This document shows, one piece after another, positions 30,340 to 43,442 of a DNA stretch of 64,000 nt (positions within the stretch are counted from its first letter, which is position 1; each line of letters opens with the position of its first letter). The notes below the pieces were generated by a model. That model saw only the letters and a program-made list of their open reading frames with translations, searched no databases and was not told the origin of the DNA. The translations under genes were made by a program, and so were the position numbers. The DNA is from Auanema rhodensis (Eukaryota; Animalia; Nematoda), in the NCBI GenBank assembly GCA_964057225.1, contig OZ059895.1, forward strand, positions 13,888,001 through 13,952,000, read 5' to 3'.

Positions 30340-30972
30340 TTTCTCTCTCTCTTTCTATGTTATACATATAGAAAAAGATATTGTTTGAATGATTAATGAA
30401 TTTTACAACCATTTATCGCGTCATCAAGCTACAAGCTCATACAGTTCAGTTGTCGATAACAAAGAAAAAATTTAAAAGAAGTCTCATACATCCTTCATTG
30501 TCTTGTAGTTTGAAAGTCATTTGAGCACATCTTTATCAAATAATAATCGTTGCAAATTGCTTGATTAGTAAATATTTCCAGAAATCATGTGTGTAATTAA
30601 TAGAAAACTTTTATATATTTTATAAAATTTTATATAATTATTTATTTATTTATATTTATTTAATTAAAAATAAAATAATTAATTATATTTAATATAAATA
30701 TATATACATATATATACATATATATGTATTATATGGACATTCAGAGCAGTATTGCTCCGTGTAACTAACTAATGGTTGGTTAGATAAGCCCTTTTTGCCT
30801 TTTTACGGACATTCCTCTACTTCTTCTTCTTCTTCTTCTTCTTCTTTTTCTTATTCTTCTTTCGTAACTCTTTTTATTTTATTTTTAAAGCACATAGAGA
30901 GAAAGACAGACAAAGAGAGAGAGAGAGAGAGATAGACAGAGAGTAAGAGAGAGAGAGAGAGAGAGAGAGAGA
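14352..30972. repeat. Dispersed (AG)n/(CT)n and (AT)n microsatellites across the first ckr intron and the intergenic desert
   Basis: Examples at 14352-14382, 17345-17381, 19867-19902, 22149-22179, 25316-25367, 26875-26985, 28133-28187, 29638-29711, 30916-30972. Confidence 0.95.
19578..19625. repeat. 12-bp tandem repeat (ACGTGAAAACTC) x~4 containing TCACGTGA E-boxes
   Basis: tttacgtgaaaactcacgtgaaaactcgcgtgaaaactcacgtgaaac. Confidence 0.85.
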
Positions 30973-31040
30973 TATGGTAAAACAACCATTGTTTATGTTA
31001 TTTCTTTGACTTTTTATTTTCTTTTAAAATATATTTTCAG

Positions 31041-31189
31041 ATGAAAGATCGATCTCCTGATATAACAAATTTAACATACCATCTTAATTGTTCTGATGAT
31101 GATAGATACATTATATTCGATTATGATAGTCGGAAATTTGCGGTGAGACCATTTATTCAAGGTGGTTATTCATATAATATATTCCTAGT

Positions 31190-31220
<31 letters not shown>

Positions 31221-34200
31221 GATATTTTACTAATTATACCATAATCTATACAAATATTTTAAATATATTTAGTTTAAATCTATTTATTTTTTATTTATTT
31301 TTCATAGAAATGTTTTCTTTTAAATTTTATTTTAATAATAGAATTTTTCTAAATTTTAAACATAAATCAAAAAAATATTTTAATTTAGTATAAAGGAAGA
31401 AAGTCAGCAAAATTCAGTAGACAGTAATTCCGGTCAGAACGTTTCAGTTTAATCGGAATCCAGTAGCTTATCATCTAAGCTTATTATGCTATTCCTAACG
31501 CGTTGATCATCTTTTTTATCTTTTTAATATAATAATGAGCTTATAACTAAATTATTTTTATAAAAAAAAAACATAATTAATCAATAAATTATAAAATTAA
31601 AATTAAAAAATAAATAAATATATATATTTATAATAATATAATATAATTATTAGATGATAAATTCATAATATGATGTAATAATTTCATTTTTATTATCTTT
31701 TTTACTAAAAGAAACTGATATCGATTTAGCCACCATCCACCAACCCCCCCCCCCCTTTTTCATAATCATCACCTCAAGCAATATAAAGTATAAAAGATCA
31801 TTACGTAATATAATATTATAAAAATTATTTTAAAGAAAAAAGAAAATAAAAATTATAATTTTCAGCTTGTGGATGAAGTAATACCTATTATGACAATTAT
31901 TTGTTCTATTATAGTAGTTATTATAAATGGTATTTTTATTTATTTGACAGTCAGAGGAATACGTGATCGAAAATTACCATTTAAGGTAATTTATATGATA
32001 TAATTAAAGAAATATTTATATTTATAGGGATATTCATTATTACTTAATCGATCTATAACTGATGTATTAACATCAATATTAACATTAATCTTTGTTTCAT
32101 TACATCGATTTGATCAAGAACCTGATCCTAAAACATATCCAGCGGTACGTTTTATTATATTTAACTAACTTATATCATATAATATATATATATATAGAAT
32201 TCCTTTTATTATTTTTATTAACAACTTTAGCCACTGAAACTAAAAAAAAAAAGAAAAGTGAGTGTCTTTTTGCGTCATTAAACAGGATGCCAGCTCATCT
32301 TCATCAAATTTCGTTGAGCGATTACGCCCAAACAAACTTTGTGATCACATTATACATACATGTATATAGTTTTCAAAATAATATATATATATAAAATAAA
32401 AGAATATTTAACTATATATATATATAATTAATTAATTAATTATACATAACTATATAGGAATATGCTAATATGACATATGTTGATGTTGATTATGTTATAC
32501 CACATGGACGTACTGTATTCACATTACTTCTTACATTAGATTTTTGGGCTGCAGCTGGATGTTATGCTGTATTAGCTTTATTCACATATATAGCTGTACG
32601 TCATCCAATTATATATCGAATACATATAACAAATCGTAGATGTAGTAAGTTATATCTTTATAAATTATATTAATTATATAAATTATAATATTATCTTATT
32701 TTTAGTTTAAACATTAAACAAAAAAAAAAGTATTTTGATTACATCAATATGATACCTTATCTTCTTTTTTTTTTTATAATTTTTAAAGATTTTCGAAAAC
32801 AAAGTTCAAAGCTCTTGATCAAAGATATTTTTCATTTTAAACTTTTGAACTTTCAACTAATTTTATTTATTAAAATCAATAATCTATCTATCTATCTATC
32901 TATCTTTAACATCATCTTATCATTATTCTATATATGAAGGTTGAAAAGTATGTATTATGTCTTTTGTTTAAAAACTTAAATATTTCAAAAAATACAATTT
33001 TTGAACTTTTTCAAAACTTTTTGAAAGTTTTTGAAAAAGAAGAAATATTCTCAGCTATTAGCTTCACATCTGATTATAAAGTTATCGTATGTGGAATGTG
33101 GAAGCAAACGAATTCTTCTAGTCGTTGGCTTCTCTTTTATGGTTTCGATATCCTTGTAGTCAGAGTTCAGCAATCATCCGTCAAGTTGAAGATAGACTAT
33201 TCAGCCTTCAGAGAAATCTGTGAAGCGGATAGACTTTCATCAATCAGACGAGCAATATCAGAAAGATGTTGAGAAATTCTTAGTAAAATTAAGAATCTTT
33301 ATAGCTTTAACCTTATTTTTGAATATAAAAAACGATATATACTTCTCATCCAACATCAATATAATATAATTTATTTATAAAAATATAATTTAATTTATTA
33401 TTTTATATAATTAATTAAAATATTTTATAGTTATTGTTGGTATTGTTGTATGGCTTATGGGTTTAACATATGCTATTATTGTTGTTTGTATATCACCTAA
33501 TAATGCTTTTAATGTTTTTAATAATGATGCATTAATTCAGGTATATTATAACATATAGTTAAGATAATTATTATAATTATTATTTCAGTGGTCTGTTAGT
33601 ACATCAGATTTTGTATTATCCATCTCAAACTTGTTCATAGTACTTCTATCATTCACAATTGTATGTGTTTCCTATATATTCATTATAGCTTATCTATGTC
33701 GTGGTGCTGGATCAGGTTAACCTATATCATATAGTTAATAGTATATTATTAAATATTTAAGGATCTCTTGCATCACAACATTTACTTTCAATAGGACGAA
33801 TTGGTTTAAATGTATTTGCCTTCTCTATATCATGCCTTGTAATGGCAGGCTTTGTATCCATACCTTTATATCTTAAACATCGAATAGATTTTCTAAATGG
33901 AGAAGCATCTGATGTAATTTTTTGTTTATTTATAGTTATTTATGTTTATTTATTTATTTATTATTATAGGCTAATCAATGTCGAATTGTTATTGATACAT
34001 ACTATCTTGGCTACAGTATGGCCTTATGGACTACGGTAGCTATGGCTGGATGGCAAATCAGAATGGTTATTGATCCTGTTGCAAATATTTGTTTAGATCA
34101 AAGGTATATAATTCATATTTTAATTAATATAATTAATATAATTAAGATTTAAACAACTATGGACTGATCTTTGTTGTACTTCATTAGGTGGATTACAACC

Positions 34201-34518
34201 ACGATATGCTTTAAGGTTAGTATCTACTAATACAACTTATTTCAAATTTTTAAGAAAAACCTTCAGATCTGAAGCTGGTGGAGACTTTCTTCGTAAATGC
34301 ATAGCTGAGAATGTTATACCAATATCTGTGATTACAGGAGGTTTTTCACAAATTAATTTTTAAATTTGAAAAAAGAAAAAAAAATATTTTTAGGAGGAAG
34401 ATACTTCAGATTTCGTACAGCTACAAACGTAGATGATATTGAAATAGGAAGACCAAAAAAGAAAAAGAATGTTCGTCGATTTGATGAAATTATGAATATC
34501 GATCGACATGTTCTTTAA
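31041..34518 (+). CDS. Orphan class-A-like nematode GPCR, ~11 exons
   Basis: MKDRSPDITNLT...|LVDEVIPIMTIICSIIVVIINGIFIYL...|GYSLLLNRSITDVL...|...YIAVRHPIIYR...|...RMVIDPVANICLDQR|FK...HVL*. Seven hydrophobic segments, with phases consistent across junctions. Confidence 0.85.
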
Positions 34519-35589
34519 TAATAATTTTAATTTAATTAATTAGGAATGAAAAAAACAACTTAACTATATATATATATAGTTAGATAGATAGATATATAGA
34601 TTTAGATTTAAATATAATTATAATAATCATATTTTAATCATTTTATTTGAAAAAAAAAAAAGAAAAGAAAACATTTATTTTTAAACTTTAGCTATTGTAA
34701 ATGTATTTGTATGATCTCTAGCTTCTCAATATTATTTATTTTTTTAATTTAAAAATGAAATTATTTTCAAATGTTTTTCCAACAAATAGAGCTTCATGAT
34801 AATAATGTTTTTATCTCTTTTAAGGTGCTGTATGTTACAATTTTCTTCTCAAAAATTATAAATTTATGTAATTTCTTATAATATATATTGTATTTCATTA
34901 TAATTAATAAACTATATTATATATATATTTTTAAAAAACTATTCTCATTACTTAGAATATTACTTAAGAAAATGGTTATATGCTTTCAAAACCGTATATC
35001 ATTCGAGTTTTCATTAAGATTGCTGAAAAAGGAATGAAGAAAGATGAGTTGATTGACTACAAATTGTTGAGAATAAGAGAAAAATAAAGAAAAGACTCAT
35101 CTTTGTAAACTACTTCTCAGTTTCTTCTTCAACTTGAGCTTCTTCTGCTTTTTTTGTTATTTCGGCTGGCCTCGGTCATCTTTATTCTTCTTCTTCCAGC
35201 CACTCCCTTCATAGAAGATCTGTCACCCAAAGCAATGTCTGTTGAAAGCTTCTGATCTATCTGTTTGATGGTCTGATCTCTCTTTGTTTATCATGCTCTC
35301 TACTCATTTACCTTGTTTGATCACGCACATCGGTTTGATCTATGTAGATAGATAGATAGTGGATAAACTGTCAGATATCAACAATACGGTGAATCTCATC
35401 TTCTGCTGCTCCACCTTCACTCCCGCCTCTCTTTGCCTGTCAAGTAAAGCCTCCAGACATTCTTTTCCTTCCATCACGAGTCACGTTTTATGCTCGTCAT
35501 TGCTTTCTTGTCTCTCAGTCATTCAGCTTCACACATTTCCTTCAGTTTCACATCTTCTGATTCTTCAAATTTCAGATTCAAGTCAAGCG

Positions 35590-38500
35590 ATGACCCGTGA
35601 GGGTGTATTGCTCTCTTCAACAGTATGGCTAATTTGCCTTCTATTCTTCATTCATATAGAATCTGTAACATCTCAGTATTATATTTGTCATATTAACGAT
35701 CCATGTCAACGATGTAACCATACAATAGCTCCAGGCACCACATGTACTGGTGTTGGCTCATTGCCATATCTCTATTGTGATCATGAAACAAAGTAAATTT
35801 CCTTAACTATACGTATAATCATCTATATTTCTATTTCAGCTTAATAGCTCAATCTGATTCTATGTTTCTTGAATGTCGAATGGGTCAAATTCGTTTAACC
35901 AAGTGTGCCCGAGGCACATATTTCGTGAAAGATAAAGGATGTGTTGATCCAATTCATCAGCCATTTATGCAAGGCTTATCAGTTTCAGGTAATTCATTCA
36001 ACATCTTACAAAGATTTTTATAATTTTCTATTTAGGAAGTGGACGTGTTGGTGATGTTTGTCAATATAATACTGATTGTCTTAGTGTATGTTATCTTCAT
36101 TATATCCAATTATCTCCAAATTATTTCAGGGAATGTATTGTTCAACAGGTATATGTACATGTCTTAGTACATATATATTACGTGAATCATATTGTTATGA
36201 AAGTAAATTTTTATTTATTTTTTAAATAAAATTCTTTAATTTATAGAAATTAATCCAAATCAACCGGGTTGTTCTTATGATGTTCAATGTGAAGCTGTAT
36301 GGCCTGGAGCAAAATGTAGTATGGATAGTAGTACTGGTACATGTCGTTGTCCAGGTAAATAAACAAACAACAACAACAACAAAACAAAATTTTTTAAATT
36401 TTAGAAGAAACACATGTTGCTAGAGAAACACGAGATGGCTGGGTTTGTATCTCGTTGAAAGATCAAGGAACTGGTGGTACAGCACCATTATACTTTGTTT
36501 GTCCTTTACCTGAAGGAGCTGGATTTAAAATTGGTTTGATAGTTATAGTTTATATAATTAATTAATTATTTTAATTTTTAGCTTTAAATGATCCTAATCC
36601 TGAATTTGGAAGTTTTCCTGTTTCGTGTACGGTAGGATCTTCAGCTACGGTCGAGCCAATTGCTGGTTTACATGGTGGAGCAGCGTGTATGTGGCCATCA
36701 GATGGCGAATATCTTGGAGATATCTATGATTGTATTCATACAAGTCCACACGTAAGTTTTATTATAAGTTTTTTATGAAATTAGCATAATATTTACGTGA
36801 ATTTTCACGTAAAAAGAGACATAAGAAGCGCTAATTCATCATAAATTGTTCTTCACCTTATATGTGATAAGTATTGTTTACCAAAGACAATCAAAGAAAT
36901 ATTTTGTCGGAAAAGATCAAAAGAAACTTTACTTCTACTGATTGATTTTGCTTACTTATGTGTATAACAAACAAACAAATATCAATTTCTTGAGTAAACT
37001 TTGTTTAAAAATAAGAAAATAATTTTAATTTATATAACTAAATTATATAAACTATACATATAGTTAATATAATTATAAATTTTTAAAGGTTCATGTTGCT
37101 AATAAGTTTACTCAATCATCATATTCTCAAACAGCTGATGGAGTTTGTTGTCCTAGTCGAGGTATACAATACGCTATAAAACTTGTAACATTCATCTGAT
37201 CTTTAGCTTTGGCTTGTATCCAGCCTCAGGCTACCGGACCTAATCCAACTGAACCCAGATGGTGGTATAACTCTGTAACTGGAACATGTCAGCAGTTCAT
37301 GTGGGATCCAACAGCTACAGAATCCAAGCATCATTCAGCTAATAACTTTAAAACAATCCGACATTGTGAATCATATTGTCGTGATAGTAAGTTAATAATC
37401 TTAACTATACGTATAATTAATATAATTAAGCTTGTCAACGTGGTTCACCTCAATATTCAACTGAAGCTGTTGTTCATAATGAACGTCCATTAACATCATG
37501 TGCTGCAAGTGTTAGCTGTGCTAATGATTTCCAATGTAATACAATTGGAAGTCAACATCTCTGTTGTCCAACTCCAGGTAAAAATTATCAAATTTTCCTA
37601 TAAACTCAAGAAATTCAATTAATTTTTTTAATTTTTTAGCTGTGATTTGTTCAATTCGTGGTGGAAGACCATTTGATTTAAATCCTCGTTCTACACTCTA
37701 TCATCCAGGTTTCTTAGTAACAACTGGAAAAGAAAGTATTCGGTAAGATGAAAAGAAATTAAGTTTTAAGTTTTAATAATTTTCAAATAAAGGTTCTATT
37801 ATGATCCAACAATTGGAAGATGTCATGATTTCATTTATAAAGGATCTGGAGGAAATTTCAATAATTTCTTAACAAAACATGAATGTGAAATGTTTTGTGC
37901 TCGACGTAAAACTTTTTTTATTTTAAAAACTTGATGTAAAACTTGAATTTTCTATATTTAGTTCAATGTGAACGTGGATCTCCATTACGTATTGGTGAAG
38001 ATGCTCAACGTTGTCAATCAAATCAACAATGTCCATCATCATATGAATGTAAAGCTGATCAAGGTGTATGCTGTCCACGTAAACGTCAGTTTTCAAATTA
38101 AAAAAAAAAAGTTTTTTTTCATAAAAAAACAAATATTTCAGAAACAATTTGTGCTCAACCATTACGTGTTGGTGATTGTACAGAAATAGTTAAAAGATAT
38201 TATTATAATGCTAAAACACGTCAATGTCAAATGTTTGAATATACTGGTTGTCAAGGAAATGATAATAATTTTGAATCTATTTTGGATTGTCAAAATTTCT
38301 GTAAAAATGCTATACGTATGATATAATCTTTAATTTATATTATTTATATAAAATATGTTTTAGCTGAACCTAAATGTATTCAAGGACAAGCTTATAAAGA
38401 TCAATTTGGAAACTTTGTTTCATGTTCAAATGGTATGGGTTGTCCAGCTAATTATGAATGTTACTTCGATGGTGCTCAATGGGGATGTTGTCCAGTTAAA

Positions 38501-41500
38501 GGTATTACTTCTTATTTCTCTTTGATATTCGTTTTAAAACCATTTTGCAGCTTTTACTTGTACACTTAATGCTGATAGTGGTGTGCAATGTGGAGCTGGA
38601 TCTACATTCAAATTCTTCTATAATCCATCAACTCAGAATTGTGAAAGCTTCCAATATAATGGATGCGATGGTAATAGCAATAACTTCGCCACACGCGAAG
38701 GTTGTGAAGCCTATTGTTCAGTTGGTGGTTAGTTATATGATATGTTAACTATATGTATATATAATATGATATTAGGATGTCCTAATGGTGGATTACCGTC
38801 ACGTGATCGTGCTGGTATGATGACTGTCTGTGGATCATCTCAATCATGTCCCGATACACATGAATGTGTTCCTGTAATATCAGGACTTAGCACAATTCAT
38901 CGATGTTGCCCAACAAGAGGTATAACGATTCTCTTGTATATCATCCATATTATCGTTTGTTTAAGCTTCAATGTGCTCTTTGCCACCTCAACAAGGAACT
39001 CAATGTGCAGCAAATGTTGTTAAACGATATTATTTCAATCTTGTAACTGGAAAATGTACAGAATTTCAATTTGGAGGATGTGATGGTAATAGTAATAATT
39101 TCCTTACTATACAACAATGTAGAACATTCTGTATGAGTAATTGTAAGTTTTTAATAATTTCAAGTTTTAAGTTTGTTTGTTCTTACAGCTTGTCCTGCTG
39201 GTAATGTGGCATATGTTGATCCAAATACTCAAATGCCAATTCATTGTAATGAAGCATTAAGTAATAGTTGTCCAACAGGTTATACCTGTACATTCAATCC
39301 ATTAATCAATAATCATGTTTGTTGTGGAGCTACTGATTTAGGTAATTAACTATTCATATAGTATAATTTATTAATTATAAATTAAGGAGTATGTCCTGAT
39401 GGAGAAAAAGCTTATATTGATACGTTTGATATGTCAGCTAGAGAATGTGCTATCAATTTTGAAGCTTCATGTCCTTCTAACTATTTGTGTCGATTTAATA
39501 TGCAAAAAAATAAATATTATTGTTGTGCCAGCCATTCTGGAAGTAAGTTCTCAGTTGATAATTCGTTTAAAAAATCTTTTAGAAACATGTCCTGTTGGAA
39601 AATTCCTTCATAAAGATCCTCATAGTGCTCAACCTTCTCGATGTACGATGGGACGTATTGATCAATGTCCTGATGGATATTCATGTCAATCATATCTTCT
39701 TAATGCTTTACAAGGATTCTGTTGTACTACAAGCTGTAATCAACTCATTCAACTTCTTCATGAATCCGATTCTTTCAGCTATTTGTCCGGATGATGCTGA
39801 GTATGTGGTTGATGATCAGTCTATGCAGCCACGGGCTTGTACTATGGGATCGTTTGTTTCATGTCCAGCTGGATTTGCTTGCCGGTACGTCTGAAGACAG
39901 TTCTTCTGAAACTCTGATATCGTTTAGATCACCAATATCATCAACGGAAGGTTTCTGCTGTAGAACTAGCACAATCAACACTGGCAGAATTACAGGTTTG
40001 CTCTCACCAACAAACTTGAAACTTATTTGATTTTTGAAGAACTTGCTGATGGATGTCCTCCTGATAATTATGTTTTTATGAAAGAAGGAAAGATTGCTCA
40101 ATGTGACCCATTCAATCCACCTAATGCTCCATGTCCATCTGGATTCACTTGCCAATGGTCTACTGGAAATCAAAGGTATGTATAATCTATATATCTAAAC
40201 AAATAAAAATTATATGACAAAATATTTCTAGATATCAATGTTGTGGATCTAATCCTGCTCCACCGCCAATGAAAACATGTAAGATCTGCAGCTTTTACAG
40301 TAAAAAAATGAAAAATATCCATTTATAGCAGATGGATGTCCAGCTGGTCAAATTGCATTCCGTGAGAAGGATAGCGTTCGCGTATGTACTGCTGGAGCTG
40401 AGCAGAGTTGTCCTTCAGGGTATTTCTGTCAATTCTCATCATCAAATCATCAATTCCAATGTTGTGGTGTTAGTGGAGGTAAATATAGAATATAGAAAAC
40501 GAATAAATTTTCTTTGAATTAAGGCTGTATGAACAATGCTGTTGCATTCATTGGTGTATCAGGTGAACCGGAACTATGTGTCGTAGGACAGTCCAACTGT
40601 CCTCTAGGCTTTGCCTGTCAACGATCCATCGCCGGACATTACGTTTGTTGTACAGTAGCACAAGGTTTGTTTAATATATTTTTTTTCTTTATTTGAAGAT
40701 ATTTTGTTTGTTTTCATTCAAAAAAAATATAAAATAAATAATATTTGAAGGAAATTGTACGGATGATGAGATTGAATTAGATGGAACATGTCATTCACGT
40801 GTATCTCCAGGAGATAACTGTATTGCAAGTGAACAATGTATGGGAGGAAGTATATGTAAAGATAGAATGTGTGTTTGTCCACCAAAAACATTACTTGCTG
40901 GAGGTTTTTGTCAAAAAGAAATTGGTAATCATATACTAATTATTGAAATTTTATAATATTTTTCATAATTCAGCTTGTGCATCAAATCAAATCTTATATT
41001 CTGGTTTATGTCATAACATGGCACGTGTGGGTGAAGGATGTGTTGTTGGTAAACAATGTCCGGAAGGTATATCTTAATATATATTTTATATATTAGTTAT
41101 AATAATTAATATAATTAAAGGAGCTGGATGTATGGATGGTGTATGTGAATGTAAACGTGGATTAATTGAAAGAAAAGGATCTTGTATAGCTCAATCTACA
41201 CCAGTTACACAATCAAAACGTAAATATTTCAAAAACCTAACTTAAGCATCTCAATTTATATGCTAATTAGAGAATTTATACTCTAATTAGCATATTATTA
41301 ATTTAATTGGATTACGGTAGTATTGACCTTTTACACGTGTCATACTGTAATTAGCATATATATAATGGAATACTGTATACTATTTGAAATTTTTATTTTA
41401 AAAAATGATGCAAATATTACATTTTTTTGATTTTCAGTTAGTACTGCAACATGTTCAAAATCATCTTCTAAACCTTTAAGAGATGAAGATACTGGTCGTG

Positions 41501-42798
41501 TAATATACTGTAGTCCAAGTGGTAAATCATGTCCTATTGGATATCATTGTCAAGTAATAATTATAATAATTAAATATAAATAATATTATTATTATAATTT
41601 AGATTAATTCAAAGAAAACTCAATATATGTGTTGCTCAGATATTGGTGATTCAATTGATCAAACAACAGTTGGAACAATTACAACTAAAACTGGTAATTA
41701 TATGATATAAATTATATTTTTATATCATATCATATATGATTATAGTTTGTCCATTTGGACGTATACCATACTTAGTAAATGGTTCTCCACAGAAATGTAA
41801 TGGAGCTAGATGTCCACAAGGATATGATTGTGTTAATAAGAGTCAGGTATAACATCTTAATTATATTTATAATTTATGTTATTATATGATATAATTAAGA
41901 ATTATTATTGTTGTTCATCATCACCATCAAAATCAACAACTATGACAGCAACAGCAACAACTCGAACAACAAAAAAATTAGAAAATCGTGGAATAATAAA
42001 TTCAAATTTAGGTAAATTATAAATAATAATATAATTTTATATAAAAATAATATTTATTAAGATAATGATTGTTTACGTGGTGCTGTACTTATACATCCAA
42101 GTACACGTACACCAGTCTTATGTAATCCAGGAAGTAAAAGTTGTCCAATTGGGTATGTATCTATCTCATCTGAATATTCAAAATATATTTTTTGTTCTTT
42201 TAAAAATTTCTTTTTGTATGACGTAGTAATGGTCAATCGGAAAATTTTATTTGAAATAGTAAGAAGTCAAAAAGGGAAAATGAGGTTGACAGCTTTAGCC
42301 TGTCAACTAGGTGTACGCATTCGGTATGACGTAAACTGACCAAAACCGAAACTGTCACGTCAACAAAGAGAAAGTCGTGAAAGTATGTTGCAATATTGCA
42401 ATATGAATTAACTATATAGATTATATATATATATATAGATTATATAATAAATAATATTATTATAGTTATGCTTGTAACAAAAGTTTGAAATCATCATCAT
42501 TTGTGTGTTGCTCGTCAAAAAATTCTGATCGCCCATACATATATCAACGATATGCTGGTAAATTTCAAATTAGTTCAAGACGTTTGCATAAAAATTTTCA
42601 TTTAAGCAGTTCCATGTGAAGGATATACTGTATTAGTTTCAAGAATTGTTGATGGTCGAATAGAAAAACGATGTGGTATGTTACAGTATATTCATGTTTT
42701 ATTTTTCATTTTGTTTTGTTTTTTCAGAACGAAGTTGTCCATATCCCCAAGTACCAATAGGTGGAATATGCTTTGAAATGAAGAATTACGATAAATAG
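35590..42798 (+). CDS. Large secreted Cys-rich protein with EB modules, multiple Kunitz/BPTI domains and Lustrin/DC repeats (paralog A)
   Basis: Signal peptide [28 protein letters not shown]; Kunitz motifs such as [26 protein letters not shown] and [13 protein letters not shown]; many CP...C...CP.G..C...CC repeats; ends MKNYDK*. Confidence 0.9.
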
Positions 42799-43442
42799 CC
42801 GTTTATAGTGGATTAAGAATCTTTCTTCACCTCGCATTTTGATATTTTATTTAGAAATCTCTCATTTCTTTAATTGAATTTCCGTATATACACGTTGTTT
42901 GCTATATATGACACTTGCATATTCATTTCTCATCTCTCTCTCTCTCTCCCTCTCTCTTTCTCTCTGTGTCAACGTTTTCCTTTCTCACTAATCTTTGAAT
43001 AATCAGGAAGTATCTGCTGTCAATCGTTGATGGTGTTCCTCATTTATCCGTTTCATAGCTCTCTCTCTCTCTCTCTCTCTCTCTTTGTATCAATGATCAG
43101 CTTCCCACATATCTCTCTCTATCTCTTTCTTCTTCTTTCATCTGTATAAGCTTCACGTTCTCATATCATCCCTACTAGTGACAGTTCATCGAATTAGCTC
43201 CACCCATCTTACTGCCTTAATACCGTCAACTGACGACTGTCCACCCCTTTGGCGGTTAACCCATTTGTGAGCTTCATTCAAGTTGTATACTACTCCTATC
43301 ATCATACATCAACCAAATCACTCGTCATTTGTCTTTTTCCTTAGTACTACTCATTCCTGATATCCAATTACTACTTAGCTATACCATATACACATATTCA
43401 GAATCTAAAATACATCTCTAGTCCTTACAACTAACTTCAAAA

